The translations under genes were made by a program, and so were the position numbers. A stretch of 63,163 bases of DNA, counting the filler, from Octopus bimaculoides (lineage: Eukaryota): the NCBI RefSeq assembly GCF_001194135.2. It is 10 parts of 9 records of this genome, joined end to end, with 100 filler letters (N's around TTAATTAATTAA, not from the genome) between each part and the next. Parts side by side here need not be neighbours in the genome. Positions count along the whole stretch, not along the records: positions 47,298 to 60,958 come from NC_068999.1; positions 61,059 to 63,163 come from NW_026364985.1; 8 more parts are not named here. One strand, given 5' to 3'. Under the pieces are notes generated by a model. That model ran no database searches, was not told the origin of the DNA, and saw nothing but the letters and a program-made list of their open reading frames with translations. Shown piece after piece: positions 50,281-63,163 of the stretch. Numbering within the stretch: the stretch's first letter is position 1; the number at the start of each line of letters is the position of its first letter.

Positions 50281-52512
50281 ATAACATAAAAGGGAGCCGT
50301 TATTCTCTAAACCGTAGCGCTACATTACAATCTAAAACATGGTCACTCCATCAGCCTGATTGCCCACATAAATCATATTGTCTCTCTATGGAGACGTTAT
50401 ATAGAGCTAGCTTTACATTTGCAAATACGTATGGGGAGGAATTATGTATATTTCGTGGCTAACATCTTCATATTAGATATACAAAAAAATCATAAAACTC
50501 AATTAGATCGAAATATAAAAATAATTCTGCCTTTGCAGACATTAACGGCAGAGGAATTCAAAAATTTCTCCCAATCTTAATATCGTGTACAGACTACCCA
50601 CCTATACCCACGGAACCAGTTGATGCAGTTTGTGTTTATCTGAGAAATTCAAGTTCCTTTAACAATCACCAAGATCATCGAACAGAAAATTCGCGATTTC
50701 ATCTCCTTGTACCCATAGATTATTCTTGGGGTAAGCTGGACTCCTTTCAAATACATGCAAAATGGTTCATTTAGTCTAGGATCAATCCAAAGCTGTGGCC
50801 TCTTACACATTAGAAGTAAACAAACGAGTATTCATCGTTAGAATACGGCACGATCCTTCACCTGACATATTTTGGTCTATGGAAGATGATCCAATCAATG
50901 TTTTATCATTCCATTGTCAGCACGGCGTCGCCTGGATGACGACACGTAGTAGTAAACTCTGAGTACCAACGCGGCGAATCAACCATCAGCTGCTTCTAAA
51001 TAGATATCATCTATATGACCATGTAGATACTTTTGTAATATGAACGTATGTTTAACTATCAAGCCACTAAGTATCTATGTATACAGATGTCTGTGTATCG
51101 ATCTGTTTTCTAACTCAATTCTCTCCGTCTGTTTTTTTATTTACACACAGACAGAAAAATATGTGTGCGTATGTGTTTGTGTGTGCGTGTGAATATGTGT
51201 TTAATATAACGATAGAAGGAGAGAGAGAGAGAGAGAGAGGAAAGTATTAGAAAGATTGTTGATTTACTTAAAATCTTATCAGATGAATTGAAGTATTTAC
51301 ATAAATTACTTTAAGCTGAACCAATGCATACAAACAGTCTGTATATGCATCTTTCTACTTGTCTGATGTANNNNNNNNNNNNNNNNNNNNNNNNNNNNNN
51401 NNNNNNNNNNNNNNNNNNNNNNNNNNNNNNNNNNNNNNNNNNNNNNNNNNNNNNNNNNNNNNNNNNNNNNNNNNNNNNNNNNNNNNNNNNNNNNNNNNNN
51501 NNNNNNNNNNNNNNNNNNNNNNNNNNNNNNNNNNNNNNNNNNNNNNNNNNNNNNNNNNNNNNNNNNNNNNNNNNNNNNNNNNNNNNNNNNNATCAGACAT
51601 GCAGAATGAGGAGAAGGAAATGGGGTGGAGAATTAAGGAGGTATATTTCAGTTACTAAATCTATATCTGTGTCGTATCAACTCAATATCGCTGACAGAAT
51701 ACTTCGTAATCTACGAGTCTGCATGTAATTTACTTAGTTACCCGCATATATACTAGGACGCACGCACACGCACGCGCGCACACACACACACACACACACG
51801 CACACACACACACACACACACATACACATACACACACTCATGCATATACACACATGTGTGTATGTATGTATGTATGTATGTATGTATGTACGTTTGTTTG
51901 TATAATCCTAACGTCTGCCTGACTCAAAAACCAAACCGTCACTTTACTTATTGACCCGAGAAATTCAGTAATCTCAGCGTTTAATTTATCGATTCTAAAT
52001 CTTCCGATTGAAAACGAAATGATTAGAGAATCCGTAAAGAAATGGAACATAATCTAATAACATATATACATACATACATACATACATGCGCGCGCACACA
52101 CACACAAAGACATATGAGGTAAACTATTCGTGTAAAAAATGTATCTATACCAAAACACTAACAATGAACTAAAATATAGCGACAGATACTTAGTCTAAGA
52201 AGAAGCTAAAACGAATATATATATTAGCCAAAAAAATATCAAAGAGAATACATGATAGAATGATCGTGTATGCGAATATGGCCGAGTTAACTCAGTGTAT
52301 TTATAATGTATTAGTTTATAGTTAAGCTGATTCAGTGAAGTACATACGTTTGGCCAAGCAAGCTTTTTATATTGTGCATTATGAGATGATTCTTCAAAGT
52401 GCGTAAGCATGATAATGTCAGTTCTATCTCATGAACGTGCAGAGTAACTTATCAAAGAAATTTTGTATGTAGACGAAATATTCCCGGGTTATTGTCTCGG
52501 CTAACACCACGT

Positions 52513-52615
52513 GAAAGGCAGTCAGCCTCGGAGAAAATTTGAACTCAGAACGTAAAGATGGACGAAATGCTAAGCATTTTGACCGGTATACTAACGACTC
52601 CCCACCTCGCCGCGT
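52513..52615 (-). mobile_element. SINE family B 5' half
   Basis: aatttgaactcagaacgtaaagatggacgaaatgctaagcatttt...cctcgccgc. Confidence 0.8.
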
Positions 52616-53418
52616 TATGTTACTGATAATTATTAGATGGATAGATAGATAAATAGATAGATAGATTGACGGATATATTTATATACAGCATCTGCAGATG
52701 ACTTCTAAGAATAATTTATATTCTTTGAACTATTGTCTCCCGATTTACCAAAAGAATCAAAATTATATTGGTTAATGGAGTATGATTCTTTTTTCCCATC
52801 ACATAATTCTCACACTTGTAATTCTAACCGCATAATTGATCCTAATTAGCTTTTTAATGCTCGCTGGATTAAAGAGTTTAGCACTAATTTCACAGCCTAT
52901 ACAGACAATCACAACGAAAGCAACGAGACAAAAACAGACGGATAGACGTACAGAAACATAGACAGTATTTCAGAGACAGATACTCAGGAAAGTAGATAGA
53001 CAAATAAGCAGAGACAAATATGCAGATATAGACATGCAGAAAAGCAGTCAAATAATGAGATAAACTGGCAGATAGATAGGCAGATAAACGGACTGACAAG
53101 CACGGAGTGGACGACCAGACGGACAGATAGATAGATAGACGGACTGACAAACGGACGGGCAGATAGAAAATTAATTGTGAGGAAATCAATCAAGAATAAA
53201 AAGAATAAATAAAATAAAAGAAAAAAGCAACTGAAGTGCGCTACACTTAATGTTAACACATCACACTTACTGTCTGTAATAAATTCTGTAGAAACGGACA
53301 GTTAATGGATTGGAATTCTCTTTGGATACCATTTCATTTCCATTTCAATCAAACAACAGCGACAACAACGACGATGACAATAACAACGACCCCCCCCACC
53401 ACCACCACCAATAATAAT

Positions 53419-53613
53419 GGTTTCATATTTTGGCAAAAAGGCCTGCAGGTTTGGCAGAGTCGATTACATAGATGCCAGTGCTCGACTAGTACTTATTTTA
53501 TCGACCCCTAAGGGCTGAAAGGCAAAGCCGACCTCAGCAGAATTTGAACTCAGCACGTAAAGACGAACGAAATACTGCTAAGCATTTTGCATGGAGGGCC
53601 AACTCACCACCTT
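53419..53613 (-). mobile_element. SINE family B
   Basis: tttggcaaaaaggcc...tacttattttatcgacccc...gaatttgaactcagcacgtaaagacg. Confidence 0.85.
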
Positions 53614-53668
53614 AATAATAATAATAATAATGATAATAACAACAACAACAGCAACAACAACAACAACA

Positions 53669-53770
53669 AGAATTAAAAGCTAATCGCCCAGCCATAATAG
53701 TCAAAGATTGGGGAAAAAAAGACCTGCTTACTGATAGACATTGCAGTCCCTTCTGATCAAAATATCGTCA
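53669..53770 (+). mobile_element. Short RLE endonuclease fragment of another R4/Dong-like family
   Basis: KELKANRPAIIVKDW..K/TCLLIDIAVPSDQNI, with a frameshift in the A-run, matches the NRPDI...LIDIAVP RLE motif. Starts right after (AAC)n. Confidence 0.7.
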
Positions 53771-53897
53771 CACATAAACGCACGCAGTCATATATATCTA
53801 CATACATATAAACATATATATCTACACACATATGCACACATATATATACATGCATATACACATACATATATACATATACATATGTGTATGTCTATGC

Positions 53898-53951
<54 letters not shown>

Positions 53952-54389
53952 ATGCAAGGCGTTTCCATGGTAGCTAGAATCGTCTGCACTTTTTGCTTTT
54001 GATCTCCAAGTCGACTGGTGACCGTCATGTGAATGACTGGATGTCCTTCTATCTAAATGAAAGATAGCAAGACGATGAATAGAATTAAAGCTGGTTCAAT
54101 GAACACTTCACATACGACATCATGTGACACGAATAATTGTCTCAGCTGTCATTTTAGACAAACACTCTTAACTACTTTCGTAATTTACGTTATAGATTTC
54201 ATTTTGACTGAGCGGACATTGTGAGATGAAGGCAGAGAGATCATATCGCATCAACGATGGCGGTTAGAGCAATCGTTGTTGCTGTTGTGATATCGTTTAG
54301 CTCATCAGTGACCAACCACACTACTTATAGATCTTTTTCAATGCAGACATTGTGCGTGTGCATGTGCGTGTGCAGTATATATATATATA

Positions 54390-54420
54390 CTAGCTGACGT
54401 ACACGGTAATTCCCGGGAAA
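54390..54420 (-). mobile_element. Probable Helitron 3' terminus
   Basis: Minus strand cccgggaattaccgtg-tacgtcag-CTAG|T gives a short GC hairpin ~10 nt before a CTAG end followed by T. The extent of the element is unknown. Confidence 0.5.
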
Positions 54421-54676
54421 GCGGGGCTTACACCTTGGTTCCGTCCTCATAATTGTGTCACTAATTCAATAACAACAATACAAACTTTGTAGCCCTTAAA
54501 ACGGTTTTTCTGCATTTAGAGAGAATACCGAACTGTCTTACAAAAGATCTTGTTTTTAGGTATTTCCAATAAGTTATGAATACCCAAATTGTGGAGTCAG
54601 TTATGTAATAACAGGAAATTAGTTACCCGATAGTAAATATTCAAATAAACCAAGAACTTTTCAGCAGCCCCTAGTA

Positions 54677-54765
54677 TGTTTTCAAATTTTGGCACAAGGC
54701 CAGCAATTTTACAAGGAGTTCTAAACGATTACATTGACTATGATACTCGACTGGTACTTATTTTG
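54677..54765 (-). mobile_element. SINE family B 3' fragment
   Basis: ttttcaaattttggcacaaggccagcaatttt...ctcgactggtacttatttt. Confidence 0.75.
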
Positions 54766-55737
54766 GAGAGAATAGGGACGTCTTGGTGAATAGTGGGGGG
54801 AAGAAAATTAAAATACTGATGGTACCATAGTAAGTGCTCTGGTCTACTAACTGATCTGATGTTCCTGAAGGACATTGCAAACTTGCCTGGTCGGCAATAA
54901 ATATTTTGCCTCGCTTACTTCAATTGCAAGGATTTTTTAAAAACCTTTCAAATTTCATCCCTAAAGAATCGTTTTGGTTTTGAATTGCTATCCATGATTC
55001 TGTAACTGTTTTTTTTTTTTAGCTCTGCACAAGCACACTTTTGTTCCTGATAAGCGGTGGTCCATATTCGCTTGACCTCTGTCCTTTGACCTGTCCAGTA
55101 TGGGAGGCCTTTACAAAGAGTCACGCACCACTGGCATAGTTCTCAGGGTCATTGAGGCTCACAAGCTGCCATACCGCACAAGAGCTGAACATAAAACCTT
55201 ACAGTACACCTAAAATGAGGTTGAACTTATACTTTCTAAACGCAAATTCCAAAAACAATGGAAAAAAGCATGTAGACCGCGGTTTCAGTTCTTGGTTATG
55301 AGTATAGTGTGAGTGTGTCTGCCTGTCTCTCTCTTTCTCTTACAGCTTTCTGTCGACTGCCAAGTCTTTGCGAAGTGAAAGCCGTTCCCTATCCGATACT
55401 TCTATAGAATTAGTGCAAAACATACTCAAACTTCAGATGGACGTTACACTCGTAGACGACATATTCTGGCAAGTCATTGCGAACTTTTCATTGGTTTGTT
55501 TATTTGTAAATGTTATTACGTGTGAAAAACACTTTAGTGGGTGACAAATGTCAGAATATTGATATGTTCTGAAGTTAGAGTTACACTGGGTGTATTAACA
55601 GTGATAATAATATCATTACAACGCCTAATAAGTAGGTCCGCCAAACCACATAATTTCTTTCTCATCTATAATTAATTCATTAATATTTCTGCACAGCTCT
55701 CATCATGTGTCATCATTATACATAGACACACATATAT

Positions 55738-55815
<78 letters not shown>

Positions 55816-55866
55816 NNNNNNNNNNNNNNNNNNNNNNNNNNNNNNNNNNNNNNNNNNNNNNNNNNN

Positions 55867-55940
<74 letters not shown>

Positions 55941-56199
55941 TGATATGTAATATATATATTATATATATATATATATATATGTATACAAATATATACTCAT
56001 ATATATATACATGCACACAAGTATACATTTATATACTACATATTTTTATTGTCAGTAAATTGATTTCTTAGATTAGAAAAATTACCATTGCTCTTTAGAG
56101 AAGGAGAGAGAAAGAGAGAGGGAGTAATAAAGAGACAGAGAAAGAATGAATGAAAGAGAGAGAAAAGAGAGAGGAAGAAGACGGAAGGGAAGAAGAAGA

Positions 56200-56237
<38 letters not shown>

Positions 56238-56821
56238 TGCAACAAATGACATTGGTGTTCTGTTCAAGGTTATTAGTGTAGTCAGTTAAGATAATTATTT
56301 GAAACAAAAACAAGGAAAAACCTAAGACTCGAAACCGGCAGCCTAGATTTTACTGTGAGATCTTTTCTTGCTGTAAAGCCTTGGCATTAAAAGTCTAAAG
56401 ATAAGAATGTGCTCTCGGTTAGCCCTGTGTCAATCCGGAACAAGCAGCTTAGAGATCAAAAGCATTTCAGCTAGGGGTCGAGGGTCGTTCGTACACCTAG
56501 AAGTAATCAAATCTCTCCGTCGATTCAAATGCAAAATAAAATTGTAAAAAAGGGAGCGTAGTAAATAATTGGATAATGTGGTCTGTGATGTACTATGTGT
56601 CAAAATTGGGTGTTCCCTACTGGAATAACTATTAATTTGGCAAGCACGCTCAGGATCTACCTGGGTTAAACGCCAGGATTAAAGCCATGCCGTATGTTTC
56701 AAAGCTTAGTCTTAAGATAGTGAGCCGTATGCCACACACGAACACGCACGCACACGAACACATGCACGCGCGCACACACACACACACACACATGCATATC
56801 TACGTGTATGTGTATGTGAAT

Positions 56822-57142
56822 GTGTGGCGTGAAGTTTGCTTGCCAACAACATGGTTCTGGGTTGTCCCACTGCGTGGCACCTTGAGCCAAAATCTTGTGA
56901 GTGGATTTGTTAGACGGGTGTTTGTCTGTGTGTCGGTGTTTGTTCCCCACCACCGCTTGACAACCGGTGATAGTTTGTTTACGTCGCCGTAACTTAGCTG
57001 TTTAGCATAATAGACCAATAGAATAAGTACCAGTCTTTGAAAAAATAATTAAGAACTGTGGTTGATTTTTTTCGACTAAATCCTTCAAGGCGGTGCCCCA
57101 GCTGGGCTGCAATCCAATGACTGAAAGAAATGAAAGAGTAAA
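56822..57142 (+). mobile_element. SINE family A with internal deletion
   Basis: catggttctgggttgtcccactgcgtggcacctt...ccaccgcttgacaaccgg...aaggcggtgccccagc...gactgaaag. Confidence 0.85.
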
Positions 57143-57229
57143 TTTATGCCAAAAAACTAGAAGGAAAGGGTTCGAGAATTATTATCACGGATACAAAAAT
57201 ATATTTACGTTCTCATCAAAATTCATACC

Positions 57230-57573
57230 GGTTTCACTCGTTTTAACAGGCATCGCGGGTTCGATTCCCAGACCGGGTGTTGTGAGTGCACCTAAAAGCT
57301 CCACGAGGCTCCGGCAGGAGATGATGGCGAACCCTGCTGTACTCTTCCTCCACAACTTTCTCTCACTGTTACTTCCTGTTTCTGTTGTACCTGTATTTCA
57401 AAGGGTCAGCCTTGTCACACTGTGTCACGCTGAATATCCCCGAAAACTACGTTAAGGGTACACGTGTCTGTGGAGTGCTCAGCCACTTGCACGTTGATTT
57501 CACGAGCAGGCTGTTCCGTTGATCGGATCAACTGGAACCCTCGACGTCGTAAGCGACGGAGTGCCAACAACAA
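57230..57573 (+). mobile_element. tRNA-derived SINE family C
   Basis: B box gggttcgattccc (57257-57269), a central module shared with 42054-42140, and a distinct 3' part ending gtcgtaagcgacggagtgccaacaac before a microsatellite. Confidence 0.8.
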
Positions 57574-57585
57574 ATATATATATAT

Positions 57586-57678
<93 letters not shown>

Positions 57679-59460
57679 TGTATTTATATGTTTGAGTGTG
57701 CGGCATGTGCGTGTGTTTATAGAATTTATGGACAGGTTTATATTCAGCAGAGTAAAAAAGACGTTGCTGTATCTAAAAGCGTAACTTGGTATTTCGTTGA
57801 AATATAAATACATAAAACTATATCCCGAATTGTAAAAAGAAACTAAAAAAAACAAAACAAAAAAGAAAATCGAAGACGGTGCCCCTGCATGGCCCCCGCT
57901 GCCATGTGATAAACGATCTGTTGCGCAGTTTGCATCAGTCAAATTTAGTTGGAAAGGTATGCGTCTGCTCGAAGCTATTTTAGAAAAAAAGTCAGATCGA
58001 ACGCCGAGTCTCGAAGCACTGTAGAAAACAATAATAATAAACTGAAGCAAACACTGTTCCATTACACATCGCTACCCCCGCGGCCATCTAAGGTTCATTC
58101 TGGGGTCAACTGAAATATCAGTTCCGCTGCAAAAATCCTGACTTGACAGAATTGTAATCTTTTATAAAAATATAGAGAGAAATTTGAAATCCTATATGAC
58201 TTGTGTATGTGTATATGTGTGTGAGCTATTTTATGCGAGGGTCTTATGTGTGTGCACGTGTGTGTGCGTGTGTGAGTGTTTTATGTTTGCGTGTGTATAT
58301 GTGTGTGTGAGTTTGTTATATGTGTGTGCGTGTGAAAGTTTTATGTATGTGTTCTATCGCACGAAAACGCACAAATATGCATACACACACAATTGCGCAC
58401 ATACATCAAGATAGAAAAGTATGTTTGTGAATGTCTATCGTTGTCTATACGTTGTCTATGTATGTTATGTATGTATGTGTGTATGCACATAGACACACAC
58501 ATACAACGTTTACGTAAATAGTTTAAGATTAAGATTATATGTGTGTGTGTGTGTGTCAGCGTGCGTGCGTATGTATAAGGTACACTACTACAATCTATAC
58601 ATACATGCATATGACACACACACACACACACACATATACATATTTATTTATTTATACGGAGGAAGAGGGAGAGGGAGAGAGAGTAAGCGTAATTGTGTGT
58701 GTTTGTGTGTGTGAGAGGGAGAGAGAGGCAAAGACTAAGAGACTAGGACGACATGTAAACAGTTTTTTATATCAGAATTATTTTTTCCTGATATGTGTGT
58801 GTATATTTGTTTATGTACAAATCTACGTGGATGAGTATATATATTGGGTATATGCCTGTATGTGTGTTCGCGCGAACCCATTCGCCTGGAGATTGTACGA
58901 ATGGGTGTCAACATATGTGTCTAAGTTTTCTTCTAGCAGACAACCACTAACATTCCACATTTAATAAAATCTCCCTCTCTTGTTATATACGTAACAAGAG
59001 ACGACTAAATCCCATGTGTATACCAATACATGAATACATACATGGATGTGTATAGTTCTCCATTTTTCCATCATCGCTTTTTTTTCACTCCTTGAGTGTC
59101 CTCCTTTCTGTCAGAAGCAGAGTGAATGCCCAAAACATAAAAAAAAATTCTTTCCTTCTCTTTTTCCTCAGCGTCAAACTAACGCCGACTTTGTTTTTTG
59201 CACCATACATACATGCATGCATATATGCGTACATGCATATATACATACATACATGCATACATACATGCATACATGCATGCATAATGGCATTCAAAAAATA
59301 CTCCGAGATACGTAAAGTAATGCACACACTTCTGTGTGTATATCGACAGTTCAACCAATTCAACCATATATTTACAAACACCGTGAACTCTCTAAACTCA
59401 AAAAGTCTTGTCGTTTTGTTAGCGATGGCTAAAACTCTCTGAATTAAACTCAAAGAAAAA

Positions 59461-59560
59461 TCATACATACATACATACATTCATACATACATACATACAT
59501 ACATACATACATACATACATACATACATTCATACATACATACATACATACATACATACAT
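59461..59560. repeat. (CATA)n microsatellite
   Basis: Direct reading. Confidence 0.95.
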
Positions 59561-59646
59561 ACTTGTTGCTTTGTCAGCAACCGGCTTGAACTCACTTAAG
59601 AACTTAAAACTCAAAGAAAACTACGTTTGTACATATAGAAATAGAA

Positions 59647-59709
<63 letters not shown>

Positions 59710-60356
59710 AGTCTGTCTGTCTGTCTGTGCGTGTCATTGCTTCTCTGTCTATCAAATACGTATGTATTTATGTATATGCGTATGAACGAATATACGTGTG
59801 TGTTTGTGTATACGTGTAAATATAGGCACACAAACCCATTGTGCTTATGAGTTCATATACATATAAACATACATACATACGTGTATGTAGGTATACATGT
59901 ATATACATATGTGTATATATATATATATGTATANNNNNNNNNNNNNNNNNNNNNNNNNNNNNNNNNNNNNNNNNNNNNNNNNNNNNNNNNNNNNNNNNNN
60001 NNNNNNNNNNNNNNNNNNNNNNNNNNNNNNNNNNNNNTATACATACATTCCTGTAAACGTAAAAAAATCTGCGGTGTATTAATAATCATTTGCTACTTTT
60101 ATATTCTTTTTTTTCTTGCAGGGTGTGTCGCCTGAAATATCGAAACACTTGTATGTGTGTGTGTGGGAGGGATGTCTGTGTGTGTGCGTGCGCGTGCATG
60201 TGTGTATGTGTATGAGTGTGTATGTGCAACATTCTTCATAGTACATCATATTCTAATAATTTATATCTGCACATATGTGTAGAAACTTACCTACCCACAC
60301 ATAAATATATAAATATACATACATACACACATATATATATATATATACATACATAC

Positions 60357-60404
<48 letters not shown>

Positions 60405-62484
60405 TCACATACACACACACACACACATTATAATATATATTATATATTACATACACATTACACTGCAGGACACTGCTTTTATCAGCTCTGCAATGGAGAG
60501 AACGTGACAATTACTACAGTGTTTTCCATGGGTGGAGACAAGGCTTCCCTGGAGAGATCTGTTTAAATTATATATATATATAATGTATGTATGTATGTAT
60601 ATACACATGTGATGCTTGTTTCTTCCGTATGATGGTATTGGACAAGTTTAAATAACTGTAATAACCATGTTAAATATATGTGTATATATATTTATTTATT
60701 TATACATACACACACAAACACGCAAACATATAAATGTCTGTATCTGTATGTATGTATGTCTATATATATATGTGTGTATGTGTGTTTGTATGTATATATG
60801 TGTATCCTTTATTTTTTACTTGTTTCAGTCATTAGAATGCAGCCATGCTGGAGCAGTGTCTTAAAAGATATTTAGTGAATGAATCGATACTTTTATTTCT
60901 TAACACACACACTCAACAAATATAGGAGTGTATACATACATACATACATACATATATANNNNNNNNNNNNNNNNNNNNNNNNNNNNNNNNNNNNNNNNNN
61001 NNTTAATTAATTAANNNNNNNNNNNNNNNNNNNNNNNNNNNNNNNNNNNNNNNNNNNNAAAAAAAAACTGTTTTATCAGACGTTCTTTATAAATGTCTCT
61101 GTGTACGTGACGCCTATTCTAGTCATGGGAAGGCCGAAGTAGGAAATGCCATATTTATTTGGGTGGGAAATAAAATGTAAATAACTCCTCGACATTATAA
61201 AAGCGTTTGTTTTGCTTGTCTTTAAAAGGATAGGTGGGCGAGAGATAGCTATCAGTTCTGATTAGGAAGTGTATCTTGTGTGACAGACCCCCGTTTACAG
61301 GGGACCTCAATAATCAAATAGATGAAGCAATGGAATTATGTGTTGAGGCTAAATGCATAATGAAAGCCCCTGAAGGCAATGACCTGTTAATTTTATATGA
61401 TTTATATGATTTACATGTAGCATTTTGTTTGTATTTAGGTGTGTGTGTGTGTGTGTGTGTGTGCGTGTGCGTGTGTGTGTGTGTGTGTGTAATAGTAAAA
61501 GAGAACGTTTTGCTAAGAACTATAACTTAAATAAAGAAACCTTTAAATGGAACAGTCAGTTGGACAGCTGGATTCAGAGTCAAACTGGTAAATAGTATCT
61601 TGTTCAGCAGCGTTCATCCAGTGCTGTAACTGATGATGTTAAACACGACCACTCTATGGACCCACCTTCCATACCAGATCACATAAAATGTCCTTCCCCC
61701 TACTAACATGGAATGAAAACTTATTTTGATAGCATGGAATTGTAATATTATTACTAACTACTTAATTATGATTAGCATAAGCGAAACCAGTCGACAATGT
61801 AAATATTTTACTTGATAAAAAAGAAAATATTTTGCCCAACGTAAAATTTCTGTTTAGTTTCCTTCTGTGTATTTTTCACTACAACTCAGTCAGCTACATG
61901 CCGAGACAAATATTTTTGTTGCCACCGATATATGGGAAAACATTGAATAAATATTCACTGGTTTGACTGAATAAAAATCTGTTATATTCAATAGATGCAG
62001 TATTAAAATATCCATTTATGTATCGTATTTAATGTAAATACATCGCCGTAAAGACCAATTTTTACTCCGGTTTTCGTCCAGAGATGACTATCTCCTATGG
62101 ATGCGCATACAGTTTCTTTATTCGGCATTACAGGCAAAATATTCATAACTATTCTCGTAAGTGACTACAAAATCTGGCAGAAAGAACTCTACTGGAAAGC
62201 TATTATATGTTCAGGTGTGTCCGACCTACCACTGATGTGATTTCTCATTGAGTCAGCGTCAGAGAAAGTGTCGTGATAAGAGAAAGACACAGTTTGGTGT
62301 TTAAACCATATAAGAGGTCAAAAAATACATGGATATGTGTTGGTGGGTGCGAATAGGAGGATGACAGTTTAAACAAACATAATTGTTAGATGTTGCAATA
62401 AATCTCTCTCATTTAACAGAAACAGGTGCGGAGAAGTAACGAAACATAGAGGAGTGAAGCCATGACTATCATTCGCCTTTTTTA

Positions 62485-62707
62485 TTTTGAATATCATTTA
62501 TTTGTTTCAGTCATTTGATTGTGGTCATGCTGGGGCACCGCCATGAACAATATTTTTTAGTCGAATGAATCGGCCCCCAGTACTTTTTTTTTGTTAAGCC
62601 TGGTACTTTATTCTATCAGTCTCTCTTGCCGAGTCACTAAGCTATAGGGACGTAAACACACTAACATCGGTTGTCAAGCTGTGGTAGGAGATAAACAGAC
62701 TCAAACG

Positions 62708-62755
<48 letters not shown>

Positions 62756-62941
62756 TACGACGTGCTTCTTTCAGTTTCCGGATACCAAATCCACTAACAA
62801 GGTCTCAGTTGGAGAAGACACTTGCCCAAGGAACCATGTAGTGGGACTGAAGACACTTGCCCAAAGTACCACGTAGTGGGACTGAACCCAGAACCGTGTG
62901 GTTTGGAAGGAAGCTTCTTACCACACAACCGCACCTGCGCC
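62485..62941 (-). mobile_element. SINE family A with internal (CA)n and a 35-bp tandem duplication
   Basis: Reverse complement of the family consensus. gaagacacttgcccaa.g.acca.gtagtgggact is duplicated at 62814-62848 and 62849-62883. Confidence 0.88.
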
Positions 62942-63109
62942 TCGCTGTTGATAATCATTTTTGGAAAGTCGGCAGCGTTGCCATTTTCATTAAATTCTAA
63001 GAAAGTCGGAGAAATCAATTTAACATCTCGATCAGCTCCCAATTTCTCCTAATTTCTCTCACTTAATTATCCTGTGAGACGGTGAGATATTGAATATAAT
63101 CGTTGATTA

Positions 63110-63163
63110 CCGTACTTACCGACGTATAAGACGCGCCATCTTTTATTTTTAAATTCATCAGAA
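63110..63163 (+). mobile_element. Probable pogo/Tc2-type DNA transposon terminus
   Basis: TA followed by ccgtacttaccgacgtataagacgc resembles TA-CCGTA...CGTATAAGACG TIRs. The partner end would lie outside the window. Confidence 0.5.

Noticed and set aside
50640-50800. Possible LINE relic or exon (TITKIIEQKIRDFI; G|GTAAGC)
   Set aside because: Frames are broken and the acceptor is weak; I cannot choose between the explanations.
57240-57300. tRNA gene
   Set aside because: Only a B box is present, with no cloverleaf, and it continues into a SINE body. The same applies to the family A and B heads.

Overview
This is eukaryotic, AT-rich, microsatellite-saturated genomic DNA from a gappy draft assembly. 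The SINE families and repeat landscape look like an octopod cephalopod (Octopus); that is an inference from repeat content. It is not prokaryotic, and I see no operon, CRISPR array, rRNA, true tRNA or recognisable host protein-coding gene. Nearly all long ORFs in the supplied track are read-throughs of microsatellites or N gaps. Nine identical 100-bp spacers (44 N + TTAATTAATTAA + 44 N) split the window into ten separately assembled pieces, so co-location across them is not evidence of linkage. The interpretable content is a transposon graveyard. Retroelements: L1/Tx1-clade LINEs (one with an intact ORF1-ORF2 junction and a stop-free APE endonuclease frame), a Penelope-like element, two RTE fragments, and three R4/Dong-like RLE retroelements. 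DNA elements: Tc1, mariner, Tigger/pogo, a MITE and a Helitron end. There are also more than 25 tRNA-derived SINE copies from 3-4 families. Best leads: a Tx1 3' end fused in frame of orientation to a headless SINE; Tx1 5' ends at (TCTA)n, one with a fold-back hairpin; modular SINEs; a SINE that carries its own microsatellite; clustered long inverted repeats; an 18-bp repeat whose variants are all synonymous; and a few unproven candidate exons. I found no convincingly new multi-gene system.
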